The translations under genes were made by a program, and so were the position numbers. This document shows positions 35,824 to 45,732 of a stretch of 64,000 nt of DNA, one piece after another. The DNA is taken from NCBI GenBank assembly GCA_049967655.1, contig JBMFSH010000002.1, positions 96,001 to 160,000 on the forward strand, in the 5' to 3' direction. The notes beneath the pieces are model-generated. The model saw nothing but the letters and a program-made list of their open reading frames with translations. It was not told the origin of the DNA and made no database searches. Position 1 is the stretch's first letter, and every line of letters begins with the position of its first letter. Source of the DNA: Acidobacteriota bacterium (GTDB lineage Bacteria; Acidobacteriota; UBA4820; DSQY01).

Positions 35824-38800
35824 TCATCCCGCAGGCCCCTCGGCCCGAAGCGCCCGCACCTCCGGGAGAGCGGCCAGGGCTTTTCGGATGGCTGGGTCGC
35901 TGTTTCGCGCTTCCACCTCTTTCAACAGATCCAGCGCGGCTTTCCGCCAAAAAGCGGCGCTTCTCGCCTTTCCGCTGTTCATCGCGGCTAGCCGCCGGAG
36001 CATGCGGTACCTGATTCCCATGAGGCCCCGGTCCAGTTTGGGACCATAGGGCCTCAGGAGAGCCATCAGAGAGGCAAGGTACTCTTTGTCGTTGCTGGCG
36101 ATGGCGACTTGGGCCACCGTGAGCAAGAGCGGGGCGACTTTCAAGACCGAGCGATGCTTCGCTACCTCTGGTAGGAGCCGCCGTGCGATCGCGGCAGCAA
36201 CTTCATGGCGGCCTGCCTCCCATAGAGAGCGAACCAGGGTCTCCCCCACCTCGGCCGTGAGCCAGAGGGTCCCGGTCAGGGAGGCCTCCTCCAGACATCG
36301 CTCCAGGGCCTCCCTCGCATCTTCGAAGCCAGTGTCTCCCATGAGATGGAGCCAGAGAGCCCGTTGCGCGCGAAAGCCGATGGACCAGGCCTTTTCAGTG
36401 TGAACGAGCTCCGCCGCCACGACCGGGCTGCCCTCCTCCATGGCGGCAAGGGCCAGCTCTGGCCGATGCAGGTGGTTCGCCAGCGCCACGATTTCATTGA
36501 GGCAGGCGAGAGCCTCTCCCGTGTTGCCTCCCTGCACGTGAAGGCGCATGGAATCGGTCTGATTCTCCAGGGCCATTTGCAGATGCCCGCTCACAGCGTG
36601 AAGAATGCCTGAAGTATGGAGGTTCGCGGCACAATAATGCTGCATACCGAAATGAAGCGCTGTTGCGAAAGCCAATCTGCTCGCCTCCATAGCTTCATCC
36701 CACTGGCCGAGCATGGTCTGGTAGAGAGCGCGGTTCGACAGCAGAACCACATACAACTGACGGTAGCCAAACTGTCTGGCAATTACTGTAGCTTCCTCTA
36801 CCATACCGAGCGCCTTCCGGTAGCGCCCCTCCTCGAAATGAACCTGGGCAAGGTTGATCGAAAGGGAGACCAGGTTCGGCCGAAGGGCGTAGCGCTCCGC
36901 CGTCCGGCGCGCTTTCCGGTAGGCGGAAGCCGCCGCCCCGAGATTGCCCCAACCATGGTAGTGGCACATGCCTTGGTTCATCAGCGCGTACACCAAGGAG
37001 CTACCCTCAGCCAGCTTCCTAGCGAGACGCTCCGCCTGTTTGAACTGCTCCATGGCCTCGTCCATGCGGCCTGACATGGCCAACGGAACGGCCGAATCCA
37101 AGAGGATCCGGCATCGAAGCTGGTCGTCCCCCAGCTTCTTCGCTAGGCTCATGGCCCGGTCATATTCCTGGATGGACGCATTGAGCTCGCCACGGCTTCG
37201 ATGACATCCTGCCACGTGCATGCGTGCATCCACGAGCTCGGGGCATAGTGTGCCGGTCTCCTGGATGATCTGGCGGCATCTGGCTTCGGTCTCGTCCAAT
37301 CTTCCCAAGTCCTTGCTTGTCTTGGCGAGCTCCATTAGGCCTCGACGATACTGTTCGTCCTCGCCGGCCGAGACGCCGTGCTTCTCTCGCAGTCGGATGT
37401 ATCGCTCCAATAGGTTGAACGCCGCGCCGTTGTCGTAGCGGTTGCGGGCGTCCTGGGCGGCGAGCCAGAGGTAGTGGGCGGCTTTCACGTCGTCGCCGGC
37501 GGCCTCGAAGTGGTGGGCTAGGTAGGGCCACGTCCGGCGGTCGCCGGCGGCCTGCTCCTCCAGGAAAGCGGCGACCTGGGCGTGCACGGCCCGCTTGACC
37601 GAGAAGGTGAGCGACTCGTAGAGGGCATCGCGCAGGAGCGAGTCGGAGAAGGTGGCGTAAGGGCGGCGCCCCGAGGCGTCCAGGCGCAGGAGCCCCTTCT
37701 CCGAGAGGGCCCTCACCCGCCCCTCGACGTCAAGCGCCTTCAGCCCCAGGACCCTGGCCAGCAGGCTGACGGAGAAGGAGGCGCCTAGCACGGAAGCCGT
37801 CTTCAGAAGCTGGCGCTCCTGATCGGGAAGGCCCTCGACCTGGGTCAGGAGCACGCCCTCGAGGGTGTCCGGGAAGGCCGAGGCCGTCAGGCGGTCCTCG
37901 TCCGCCTCGAGGAGCCCGGAGGGGCCCCGGGCCAGAAGACCCTGGTGGGCCAGCACGGCCAGCACCTGCTGGATGAACTTGGGGTTGCCCCGCGTCTTCT
38001 CCATGACGAAGCGGGTGAAGGCCTCGGGGGGCGCGGCCATGCCGCCGGCCCGCATCAGGAACTCGCGCGCCTCCTCCTCGCTCAGCGGTTCGAGGCGGAC
38101 CGTCCGAAGGCCGGCCACCGCCTCTCCCACCGACGCGGGGGCGCTGGTGCGAAAGGCCAGGAGAAGCTTGAGAGGGGCCTGCTCCAACTCGGCCAGAAGG
38201 GCCGCCAGGAACTCCAGCGAGGCGGGATCGGCGTGCTCCAGGTGGTCCACGAAGAGGCCGTACGGCTCCTGCGCGGCCTGACGCAGGAAGAGCCGGGCCA
38301 GCATGGCGAAGGCGGCCTCCTTGCGCTCCTTGGCAGAGAGGGCCTTGACGGCGGCCGTCTCCTCCATGGCGACACCCAGGAGGGGCGCCAGGAGGCAGAG
38401 GAAATCCGGGTCCTCGTGAGCCATCCCCTGCCGGAGGGCCTCGAGGCGCAGGGCCTCGCCGGAGGTGCGGCTCACGCCCAGAGAGGAGAAGAGCACCGGC
38501 GTCCAGGCCGAGAGGTAGCTCTCGCTGCTGTAGGGGACGAGCGGCACCGTGATGTGGCGGATTCCCGCCGCATCCAGCCCCAGCCCGAGCCGGTGCAGGA
38601 GGGCGCTCTTCCCGACCCCGGCCTCCCCCGTCACGGCCAGCGCCAGAGGCTTCGACGGATCGGCCAGGAGCGGTCCCAGCTCCTTGAGCAGCTCCTCCCG
38701 CCCCACGTACTCCGCCAAGCGCTCCTCCTCCGCCTGCCGCTCGCCCTCGGGCCTGAAGACGCGCACCCGCTCGCCGATGCCCTTGACGAAGACGGGGTCC

Positions 38801-40008
38801 AGCTCTCGGAAGACAAGCGCCCCGTCGGCCTCTGCGGCCACCTCCCTGGCGACCAGGACCCGCCAGGCGTGGGCGTTCTGCATCAGTCGGGCCGCCAGGT
38901 TGATGCCGGCGCCCATGACCGTGTACTCCCGCCGCTCCTCGCAGCCCACGAAGGCCGCGAAGAGCCCGGAGACGGTGATCCCGATGCGGACCTCGGTGAG
39001 GAGTTCTCGCAGAGCGGCAGAGCCGACCAGCTCCAGGGCCGCCCGGCAGGCCATCTCCTCCTGGCGCTCCAGGGCGTAGGGAACGCCGAAGCAGCAGATC
39101 GCCTTGCTCCCCTTGTCGCCCATGTCCAGCTTGTTCACGTGGCCGCCGTACTTTCGAACCGTTTCGGCGATGATCCGGTAGACCCGGCGGCAGCGGTCCA
39201 CCGCTTCGGAGTCGAGGTCGTAGTCGATGCCCCGGAAGGCGAGGAACAGGACCGCCGTCCGCCGGTGTTCGGCGACGGTCTGGCTGCGGCCTGTCCCAGC
39301 CCTGGCTCGGACGAAGGCTGGGAGGAAGGCTTCGAGACTCTCCCGGCTGGGTAACGGCGGGCTGGCGTTGGCGGAAGGTTCGGGAGGCCGGTGAAGCCCA
39401 TCGAAGCCCGCGAGAAGCAGGAAGCCGTCGCCGGCCTCCTCCACCCGGCAGCCGATCGGGAGGCCGGCCCGGCAGGAAGGCCCCAGGAGGATCCGCCCCC
39501 GCGAGGCGCGGTGCTCCGCCTCCGCCGCCTCGTCCAGGGCCGTGCCGGCGGCGAAGTAGTCGCGTCCGACCTCCTGGTCACCCACCGTACCGATCAGGAG
39601 GGAGCCGATGGAGATGCCCGTCTTCATGGCGAGCGAGAACTCGCCCCCGCGGGTGGGAATGGACTGGAAACGGCCGATCTCCTCGTGCATCCGGAGTGCG
39701 GCCCGCAGCGCCCCCGACAGGTCCGGAGGGAAGAATAGCGTCATCGCATCGCCACCGAATCGGAGAACGTCTCCGCCCTCCTCGTGGACGATCGCGATCA
39801 TGGCCGCGAAGAAGTCGTTCAGAACGCGGGTGAGCTCCTCCGCCCCCTCCCTCCCGATGGCCGCCAGCCGCTCGGTCATGGCCGTAAAGCCGGCCAGGTC
39901 AGCGAAGAGCAGGCATCCCTCCGTCCGCTGGGCACCCCCCGTGGAGCCCAGGAGAGGCCACAGACTCCTCGGCACGAAGGCGGTCAGATCCCGTCTGAAA
40001 TTGCTCAT
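35824..40008 (-). CDS. Tandem class III adenylate/guanylate cyclase + STAND-type ATPase + TPR protein (soluble-AC-like)
   Basis: LLFADLAGFT and RFGGDA (C1); KLDMGDKG and YTVMGAGINLAAR (C2); GEAGVGKS; TRGNP; LRDALY; helical TPR-like C-terminus. Confidence 0.92.
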   Translation of the reverse strand: MSNFRRDLTAFVPRSLWPLLGSTGGAQRTEGCLLFADLAGFTAMTERLAAIGREGAEELTRVLNDFFAAMIAIVHEEGGDVLRFGGDAMTLFFPPDLSGALRAALRMHEEIGRFQSIPTRGGEFSLAMKTGISIGSLLIGTVGDQEVGRDYFAAGTALDEAAEAEHRASRGRILLGPSCRAGLPIGCRVEEAGDGFLLLAGFDGLHRPPEPSANASPPLPSRESLEAFLPAFVRARAGTGRSQTVAEHRRTAVLFLAFRGIDYDLDSEAVDRCRRVYRIIAETVRKYGGHVNKLDMGDKGSKAICCFGVPYALERQEEMACRAALELVGSAALRELLTEVRIGITVSGLFAAFVGCEERREYTVMGAGINLAARLMQNAHAWRVLVAREVAAEADGALVFRELDPVFVKGIGERVRVFRPEGERQAEEERLAEYVGREELLKELGPLLADPSKPLALAVTGEAGVGKSALLHRLGLGLDAAGIRHITVPLVPYSSESYLSAWTPVLFSSLGVSRTSGEALRLEALRQGMAHEDPDFLCLLAPLLGVAMEETAAVKALSAKERKEAAFAMLARLFLRQAAQEPYGLFVDHLEHADPASLEFLAALLAELEQAPLKLLLAFRTSAPASVGEAVAGLRTVRLEPLSEEEAREFLMRAGGMAAPPEAFTRFVMEKTRGNPKFIQQVLAVLAHQGLLARGPSGLLEADEDRLTASAFPDTLEGVLLTQVEGLPDQERQLLKTASVLGASFSVSLLARVLGLKALDVEGRVRALSEKGLLRLDASGRRPYATFSDSLLRDALYESLTFSVKRAVHAQVAAFLEEQAAGDRRTWPYLAHHFEAAGDDVKAAHYLWLAAQDARNRYDNGAAFNLLERYIRLREKHGVSAGEDEQYRRGLMELAKTSKDLGRLDETEARCRQIIQETGTLCPELVDARMHVAGCHRSRGELNASIQEYDRAMSLAKKLGDDQLRCRILLDSAVPLAMSGRMDEAMEQFKQAERLARKLAEGSSLVYALMNQGMCHYHGWGNLGAAASAYRKARRTAERYALRPNLVSLSINLAQVHFEEGRYRKALGMVEEATVIARQFGYRQLYVVLLSNRALYQTMLGQWDEAMEASRLAFATALHFGMQHYCAANLHTSGILHAVSGHLQMALENQTDSMRLHVQGGNTGEALACLNEIVALANHLHRPELALAAMEEGSPVVAAELVHTEKAWSIGFRAQRALWLHLMGDTGFEDAREALERCLEEASLTGTLWLTAEVGETLVRSLWEAGRHEVAAAIARRLLPEVAKHRSVLKVAPLLLTVAQVAIASNDKEYLASLMALLRPYGPKLDRGLMGIRYRMLRRLAAMNSGKARSAAFWRKAALDLLKEVEARNSDPAIRKALAALPEVRALRAEGPAG

Positions 40009-40150
40009 GAGCGCCCCCGAAGCAGTCCTAATCAGGTTCCGACGGCCCGCGCCGCCGGCTTCAGGGCCTCAGGATGGACCAGGAAGCGCCCCACTGTCCA
40101 CGGTGGTGTGCACGGGCCACGCAAAGTTGGGTGGACCTCGTGGAACCCGG

Positions 40151-40936
40151 TCAGGGATTGGGCGGCGGAGGGGATCCCGAGACCGATTGCGTGTAGGCCA
40201 GCAGGAACCGCCTGGCCTCGGGGTTCATTTCCAGAAAGACGATTCCGTAACCGGCCCTGGTCTTCCGCACCACGCGGGCCTTGAATTCCACGACCTTGAG
40301 CGGTACCGTTCCCGGCATCCCCACGCGCAGGCTGACCATGGCCTTGTGCGGAAGCTCTTCAACCAGCGCCACTTGGGCTCCGGTCAAAGAGATGTCGCGG
40401 AGCACCCCGCGCAGCTTCTGCCCTCCGCCCGACAGCAGGCATGCGGCCTGGAGGTTGCGCCGCGGCGCCCTTCGCAGGTCCCAGCTCGCGGAGCCTTCAT
40501 CGGTCTGGCTTTCTACCAAGCCCGGGGGAGGCGGCCCCGGGGGCGGCTTGCGGGGGGTTTCCGCATGGAGGTTGCCCAGGAGATGGACCAGCGAGCTTTC
40601 CAGCTGGTTCCTCCGGACGGGCTTGGTCAGGACGATGGTGTGGCACCCCGTCGACGCCTCCACGTTCATCCCCTCTTCCGTGAGAATGAGGACGGAGAGG
40701 TCACCAAAGGCGGCCTCGGAGCGGAGCGCGCTCAGCATCCGAAAGCCCCCGACGGTGGGAAGCGAGAAGTCGATCACCAGAAGGTCGGGGGGGCCCGAGA
40801 GATACATGGCCTGGATGGCCGACATGTCGCTCGCGAAGACCTGGCAATTCAGGCGCGCGCCGCCCAGCCCCTCGAAGGGATCGGTGAAAAGCGACAACTC
40901 CGCTTCGGCCAGAACGGCCGACACTCGGTACGACAT
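40151..40936 (-). CDS. Atypical receiver + PilZ domain protein
   Basis: PDLLVIDFSLPTVGG, LTKP, Pro-rich linker, RRAPR and DISLTG PilZ motifs. Confidence 0.82.
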   Translation of the reverse strand: MSYRVSAVLAEAELSLFTDPFEGLGGARLNCQVFASDMSAIQAMYLSGPPDLLVIDFSLPTVGGFRMLSALRSEAAFGDLSVLILTEEGMNVEASTGCHTIVLTKPVRRNQLESSLVHLLGNLHAETPRKPPPGPPPPGLVESQTDEGSASWDLRRAPRRNLQAACLLSGGGQKLRGVLRDISLTGAQVALVEELPHKAMVSLRVGMPGTVPLKVVEFKARVVRKTRAGYGIVFLEMNPEARRFLLAYTQSVSGSPPPPNP

Positions 40937-41063
40937 CTGTCCCCGCCCTGCTGGGCCGCCCATCTAGACGATGCGGCAACCCATCCGTTCCTTAATGCCG
41001 TCTTATTTTATCACGGGCGGCGCGGGGAGGGAACGGGACGAGGCCGGCCGGCAAAACCCGATG

Positions 41064-41822
41064 TCAGGCCGTCTGCTCGGGGGCGGGCTTCCGCCGGAAG
41101 AGGTAGGAGATGAGAATGCCCAGGCCATAGAGCACGATGATCGGCACGGCCACGATGGTCTGGTTCACCGGGTCGCCGGAGGGGGTGATGACCGCGGCGA
41201 TAATGAAGGCGATCAGGACGGCCCACTTGAACTTCCTCAGCAAAAACCCCGGGCTGACGATGCCCAGCCGTGTCAGGAACAGGATGAGGATGGGGGTCTC
41301 GAAGGTCAGGCCGATGCCCAGAAGGAACTTCATTTCGAAGTCCCAGAAATAGGAGACCGTCACCACGTTGGTGAACCCCTCGTTGAACTGGAAGAAGAAC
41401 CGGAAGGTGTAGGGCAGAACGACGTAGTAGCAGAAAGCCACGCCGGCCAGAAAGAAGAGGGAGGTTCCCAGCACGAAGGGGAGGGCCATCCGCTTCTCCC
41501 TCGATTTGAGGCCGGGAGCGATAAAGCGCCAGAGCTGGTAGAAGATCCAGGGAGCCGAGATTACAAGGCCCACCACGAAGGCCACCTTCATGTAGAGGAA
41601 GAAGACCTCCGTGATCTCCGTATAGGCTAGGCTCTGCTGGCCCTTGGGCAGGTATTTGAAGTAGGGGGCTACCAGAAACTTCATGATCTTGTCCAGGAAC
41701 AGGGTGGCCACCCCGAAGGCTACGACCAATCCGACGAGTGCGAAGTAGATGCGCCGCCGGAGCTCCTCGAAGTGCTCGAGGAAGCTCATCTCTCCCGTTC
41801 CTTGACTCCCCTTCCTGGCCAT
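41064..41822 (-). CDS. tatC: Twin-arginine translocase TatC
   Basis: MSFLEHFEELRRR, YQLWRFIAPGL, FETP, AAVITPSGDP. Confidence 0.96.
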   Translation of the reverse strand: MARKGSQGTGEMSFLEHFEELRRRIYFALVGLVVAFGVATLFLDKIMKFLVAPYFKYLPKGQQSLAYTEITEVFFLYMKVAFVVGLVISAPWIFYQLWRFIAPGLKSREKRMALPFVLGTSLFFLAGVAFCYYVVLPYTFRFFFQFNEGFTNVVTVSYFWDFEMKFLLGIGLTFETPILILFLTRLGIVSPGFLLRKFKWAVLIAFIIAAVITPSGDPVNQTIVAVPIIVLYGLGILISYLFRRKPAPEQTA

Positions 41823-42235
41823 CAGCGTGGCTCCGCCGGCGGGGGCGGTTCGTTACGGCGCTCCAGTTCGCCAGTACCGGGCGAGGGGGACTGCGGCGGC
41901 GCCACCGGCGGTTGGGAGCCGGTTGCGGGGAGGGCATCGCGCCGCTCCTGATCCGCGGGAGAGGAGACCGGAGCGGTCGCCGTTTCGGCGGGCGGCCGAT
42001 AGGAGGGCGCGGGAAGGGCGCCGCTGGGACGCTCGGCGGGCGGCTCCACCGTGGCCGTGCGCTTGATGTCCTCCACCTCCCGCTCGATGGTCTCCTGCAA
42101 CTCCTGTGTGGCGCGCTTGAACTCGCGTATGGCCCGTCCCAGTGACTTGCCCAGCTCGGGAAGCTTCTGGGGCCCGAAGAGGAGGAGGGCAACGACCAGG
42201 ATGAGTAGGAGTTCGCCGGAGCCGATGTCAAACAT
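41822..42235 (-). CDS. TatA/TatB subunit
   Basis: [40 protein letters not shown] plus Pro-rich tail. Confidence 0.93.
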   Translation of the reverse strand: MFDIGSGELLLILVVALLLFGPQKLPELGKSLGRAIREFKRATQELQETIEREVEDIKRTATVEPPAERPSGALPAPSYRPPAETATAPVSSPADQERRDALPATGSQPPVAPPQSPSPGTGELERRNEPPPPAEPR

Positions 42236-43055
42236 GGCGTTCCTCCAGAGGTCCATGGCTCAAGCTTCCGGAGCGGAAGCCCTCCAGGTCCAGCGTGATG
42301 AAGCGAAATCCCAACTCCTTCATGTGGCGGCAGAGGGCCGCCCTGAAAGCCGGTTCCAGGAGCTGGTTCATCCCCTCTTCTTCCACCTCGATACGGGCCG
42401 CGTCGTCCAGCAGGCGGACGCGAGCCTGGCGCAATCCGTGGGCCTTCAGAAACTGCTCGGCCCTCTCCACGCGCGACAGGTCCCCCAAAAGGATGGGCCG
42501 GCCCGCCGGGAATCGCGAGGAGAGGCACGCCGCAGCCGGCTTGTCCCAGGTCTCCAGTCCGAGCTGTTTGGATCGCTCCCGCACCTCCGCCTTGGTGAGG
42601 CCCGCCTCCATGAGCGGTGCCCGCATCCCCCGCTCCTCGGCGGCCTTCATGCCGGGCCTCCAGTCCCCCACGTCGTCGGCGATGGCCCCGAACAGGAGCC
42701 AGCTCAACCCCTGCCCCGACGCCAGCTCCTCCATCCGGGCAAAGAGTTCGCTCTTGCAGTGGTAGCATCGGAAGGTGTCGTTGGCCACGAAGGCGGGATT
42801 GTCCATCTCCCGGGTTTGGACCACCTGATGCCGGATCCCCCGCCGCCGGGCGAAGACAACGGCGGCCTCCAGCTCGTCGCGGGGAAGGGTGGGCGAGTCG
42901 GCCGTGACGCCCATGCAACGCTCACCCAGGACGCCGGCGGCCTCCACGAGGAGCAGGGCCGAATCGGCGCCACCGGAAAAGGCCACGAGCGCCCCCTCCC
43001 TGAACTGCTCCAGGATCGCGCGAAGCCGGGCCACCTTCTCTTCCAGCGCATTCAC
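42228..43055 (-). CDS. larE: LarE-family ATP-dependent sulfur transferase
   Basis: [10 protein letters not shown]-loop, [35 protein letters not shown]. Confidence 0.92.
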   Translation of the reverse strand: MNALEEKVARLRAILEQFREGALVAFSGGADSALLLVEAAGVLGERCMGVTADSPTLPRDELEAAVVFARRRGIRHQVVQTREMDNPAFVANDTFRCYHCKSELFARMEELASGQGLSWLLFGAIADDVGDWRPGMKAAEERGMRAPLMEAGLTKAEVRERSKQLGLETWDKPAAACLSSRFPAGRPILLGDLSRVERAEQFLKAHGLRQARVRLLDDAARIEVEEEGMNQLLEPAFRAALCRHMKELGFRFITLDLEGFRSGSLSHGPLEERHV

Positions 43056-43136
43056 GGGGGGCTCACCTCGATTCTCCAGACAGTTGTCCACTGTAGTCCA
43101 GATGAGGCGGGAGGACAACGCTTGCCCGCCCAAAGC

Positions 43137-45704
43137 TCAGGTGCGCTCTCCCTCTTGCCGGTCCGGTTTCCTTCGGTCCACGACGGTGAGGAGCGCCACG
43201 AGCACGGTGAGGGTGCCGATCATGCAGAACAGGCTGCCCAGGAGGCTCACGTAGCCCATGCTGCGGAGGCCGGGGTAGGACGACAGGGACATGGAGCCGA
43301 AGCCCGCGATGGTGGTGAGCGCGGCGATGGCGATGGGGTTGCCCGTCTCTTGAATAACCCGGACCATGTTGTGTCCGTCCTCCTCCAGGTACCTGTGAAC
43401 GAGATAGATGCCGTAATCCGAGCCGATGCCGAGTATCATCGTGGTCACGAAGATGTTCATCATGTTGAGCGACTCTCCCATCAGGCGGAGGCTCCCCAGC
43501 ATCCAGACGAGGCCCACCGACAGCGGAACGAGAGAGTACACGGCGGGCCAGAAGGCCCGAAAATCGAACACGATGATCAGGAAGACCAGGAGGGTTCCCA
43601 CGAGGAAGGCGAGGAGGGCGTCGTGGCGCACCTGCCTCCGCAGCACCTTGCTGAGGATGTTGATGCCCACCACCTTTGCCTCCGGGTCGGCCGCGTGCAC
43701 CGTCCGGATCAGCCCCTGGGGCTCAAACCGCTTGAATTCGTCCGGGATGTAGAGATAGGCCACTCCCCGGTAATGGTCGGGACCCTTCTGGACGATGTAT
43801 TTTTTGAGGATGGGGGCCAGTGAGCCCTTCATGAGCTGGTCATAGGTCACCGGCCCGGTGGGATTCAGCATGCGGTGGAGGGTCTTGAGGTAGGGATCGA
43901 AGTAGGCCTGATTGAAGTTGTTGGCCTGGCAGGCGGAATCGAAGACGGACCGGATCCGGTCGTAGGAGAAGGCTCCGCCCTTGTCCTCGTGAAGCACTCG
44001 AAGCACCGCTTCCTGGCTCTTCTCGGTCGGGAGGTAGGTGGAGATGCTGTCGGTGAAGAGGATGTCCCCCGCCTTCACGAACGGCTGCACGGCCTCGACG
44101 ACCTTCTTGGAAGCCCGGACCACCCCGTCGGGCGTGGTGGCATCCACGACCACCATCATATAGGTGAGGGAAGCTCCGAACTTCTTCGCCACCTCGGTGC
44201 TCACGTTCATCCCCTCGTTCTTGGGGCTCCTGAGGTTCTGGACGTTGTCGTCCAGGCGAACCCCCAGCGCCAGCACGCCCATCGCCACCGTCACGATGGC
44301 CGCCACCGAGAGGGTCCACCTGGGATGGCGGTGGGCCCACCGCGCCATTCCCTCGAACCCGAAGCTGTGCATGTGAAAGGTGGGTTCGATCCCCTTGCGC
44401 GCCTTGTGGACCTGGTGGAAGTAGAGCATGGCCGGAAGCAGAACGAACACACTGGCGCAGCAGAACAGGATACCCACGGCCGTGTAGATGCCCACTTGGC
44501 GCATGCCGTTGAACTTGGTCAGAATCATGGCGCCGAAGGTGCAGGCCGTGGTGGCGGCTCCGACCATGACCCCCTTGCCCGTATTGCCCATGATGGAGGC
44601 CAGACTCTCCTCGGCGGTCAGGCCCCGGTTGCGCTCCTCGATGTAGCGCCCGTACATGACGGTCGAGAAGTCGATCCCGAGTCCCACCAGGAGAGCCCCG
44701 AAGCCCGCGGTGGCGCTGTTGAGCGTCACCCCCAGCAGGTGCGCGATGCCGAAGGTGAGAACGAGACCCAGAAGGAGCGGAGCCCATCCGTAGACCAGGG
44801 CGCTCTTGCGCCGGAAGGCCCACAGGAACACGAACATGACGAGGACCACCGAGGTCACCGTGTTGACGAGGGCATCGTGCTTGATCAGGTTGGCGTCGTC
44901 CTGGGCGATGGGATAGCCGCCGCCGTAGCTCACCTTGAGGTACTTGACCTCCCCCGGGTTCTCCTCGCCCCACTGGGCGCGCACCTTGGCCTCCAGGGAG
45001 CGGACGGTGCTCATCAGCTTCTTTCCGTAGGTGATGTTCTGAGCGGGGTGATCGGGGCGCACGATCATGAGGAGGGAGCTGCCGTCCTTGGAGAGGTAGT
45101 AGCCGTCGGAGAGGTCCACGTTGAGCTGCCGCGTCTTCCCCATGAAGTGGCGCTTGAGAACCGAGAACAGCCCGAACGGATCGTACTGGATCAGCTCCTT
45201 GGTCATCAGCGATGCCGGATTGGAAAGGAACCGCCGGTTATCCGCCACCTGCTTGCGGATCTGGGCGTCCGTGAACCGCGAGCCCACCTCGGGAAGGTCC
45301 GACTGGTTCAGATAAAGGAGCGTGTAGGGAAGCATCTCCTGGATGACGCCCTCGTAATCCTGAAGGCGGTACTCCACGCCCTCCACCATGCCGCTCTTCC
45401 GCAAAGCCGCGGCCATTTCGTCGGCGAATTCCTCGTAGTTGTCGATGGGGTGACCCTTGGGATCCTTGGTCTGCACAAGGATGAACAGGTAGTCGAGGCT
45501 CTTGAAGTCGTGCGTGGCCTCCCGGAAGTTCTCGACGGTAGGATTGTGGCGCGGCAGGAGGTCGAGGATGTCGGAGTCGATCCGGGGAGGCTTGACGATA
45601 AAAAAGACCACCACGGACACCACGAGAAGCAGGGCGATGCTAAACACCCACCGATAGTGCACGGCGCAACCGCTGGCCAGTTTGCGTAGCAAGGTCTCTC
45701 TCAT
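43137..45704 (-). CDS. MMPL/RND-family lipid exporter
   Basis: Two repeats of TM, periplasmic domain and TM bundle; GLGIDF and GIGSDYGIY motifs. Confidence 0.88.
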   Translation of the reverse strand: MRETLLRKLASGCAVHYRWVFSIALLLVVSVVVFFIVKPPRIDSDILDLLPRHNPTVENFREATHDFKSLDYLFILVQTKDPKGHPIDNYEEFADEMAAALRKSGMVEGVEYRLQDYEGVIQEMLPYTLLYLNQSDLPEVGSRFTDAQIRKQVADNRRFLSNPASLMTKELIQYDPFGLFSVLKRHFMGKTRQLNVDLSDGYYLSKDGSSLLMIVRPDHPAQNITYGKKLMSTVRSLEAKVRAQWGEENPGEVKYLKVSYGGGYPIAQDDANLIKHDALVNTVTSVVLVMFVFLWAFRRKSALVYGWAPLLLGLVLTFGIAHLLGVTLNSATAGFGALLVGLGIDFSTVMYGRYIEERNRGLTAEESLASIMGNTGKGVMVGAATTACTFGAMILTKFNGMRQVGIYTAVGILFCCASVFVLLPAMLYFHQVHKARKGIEPTFHMHSFGFEGMARWAHRHPRWTLSVAAIVTVAMGVLALGVRLDDNVQNLRSPKNEGMNVSTEVAKKFGASLTYMMVVVDATTPDGVVRASKKVVEAVQPFVKAGDILFTDSISTYLPTEKSQEAVLRVLHEDKGGAFSYDRIRSVFDSACQANNFNQAYFDPYLKTLHRMLNPTGPVTYDQLMKGSLAPILKKYIVQKGPDHYRGVAYLYIPDEFKRFEPQGLIRTVHAADPEAKVVGINILSKVLRRQVRHDALLAFLVGTLLVFLIIVFDFRAFWPAVYSLVPLSVGLVWMLGSLRLMGESLNMMNIFVTTMILGIGSDYGIYLVHRYLEEDGHNMVRVIQETGNPIAIAALTTIAGFGSMSLSSYPGLRSMGYVSLLGSLFCMIGTLTVLVALLTVVDRRKPDRQEGERT

Positions 45705-45732
45705 GAACCTCTCCTGTTGTGGCTCCCAGGCT

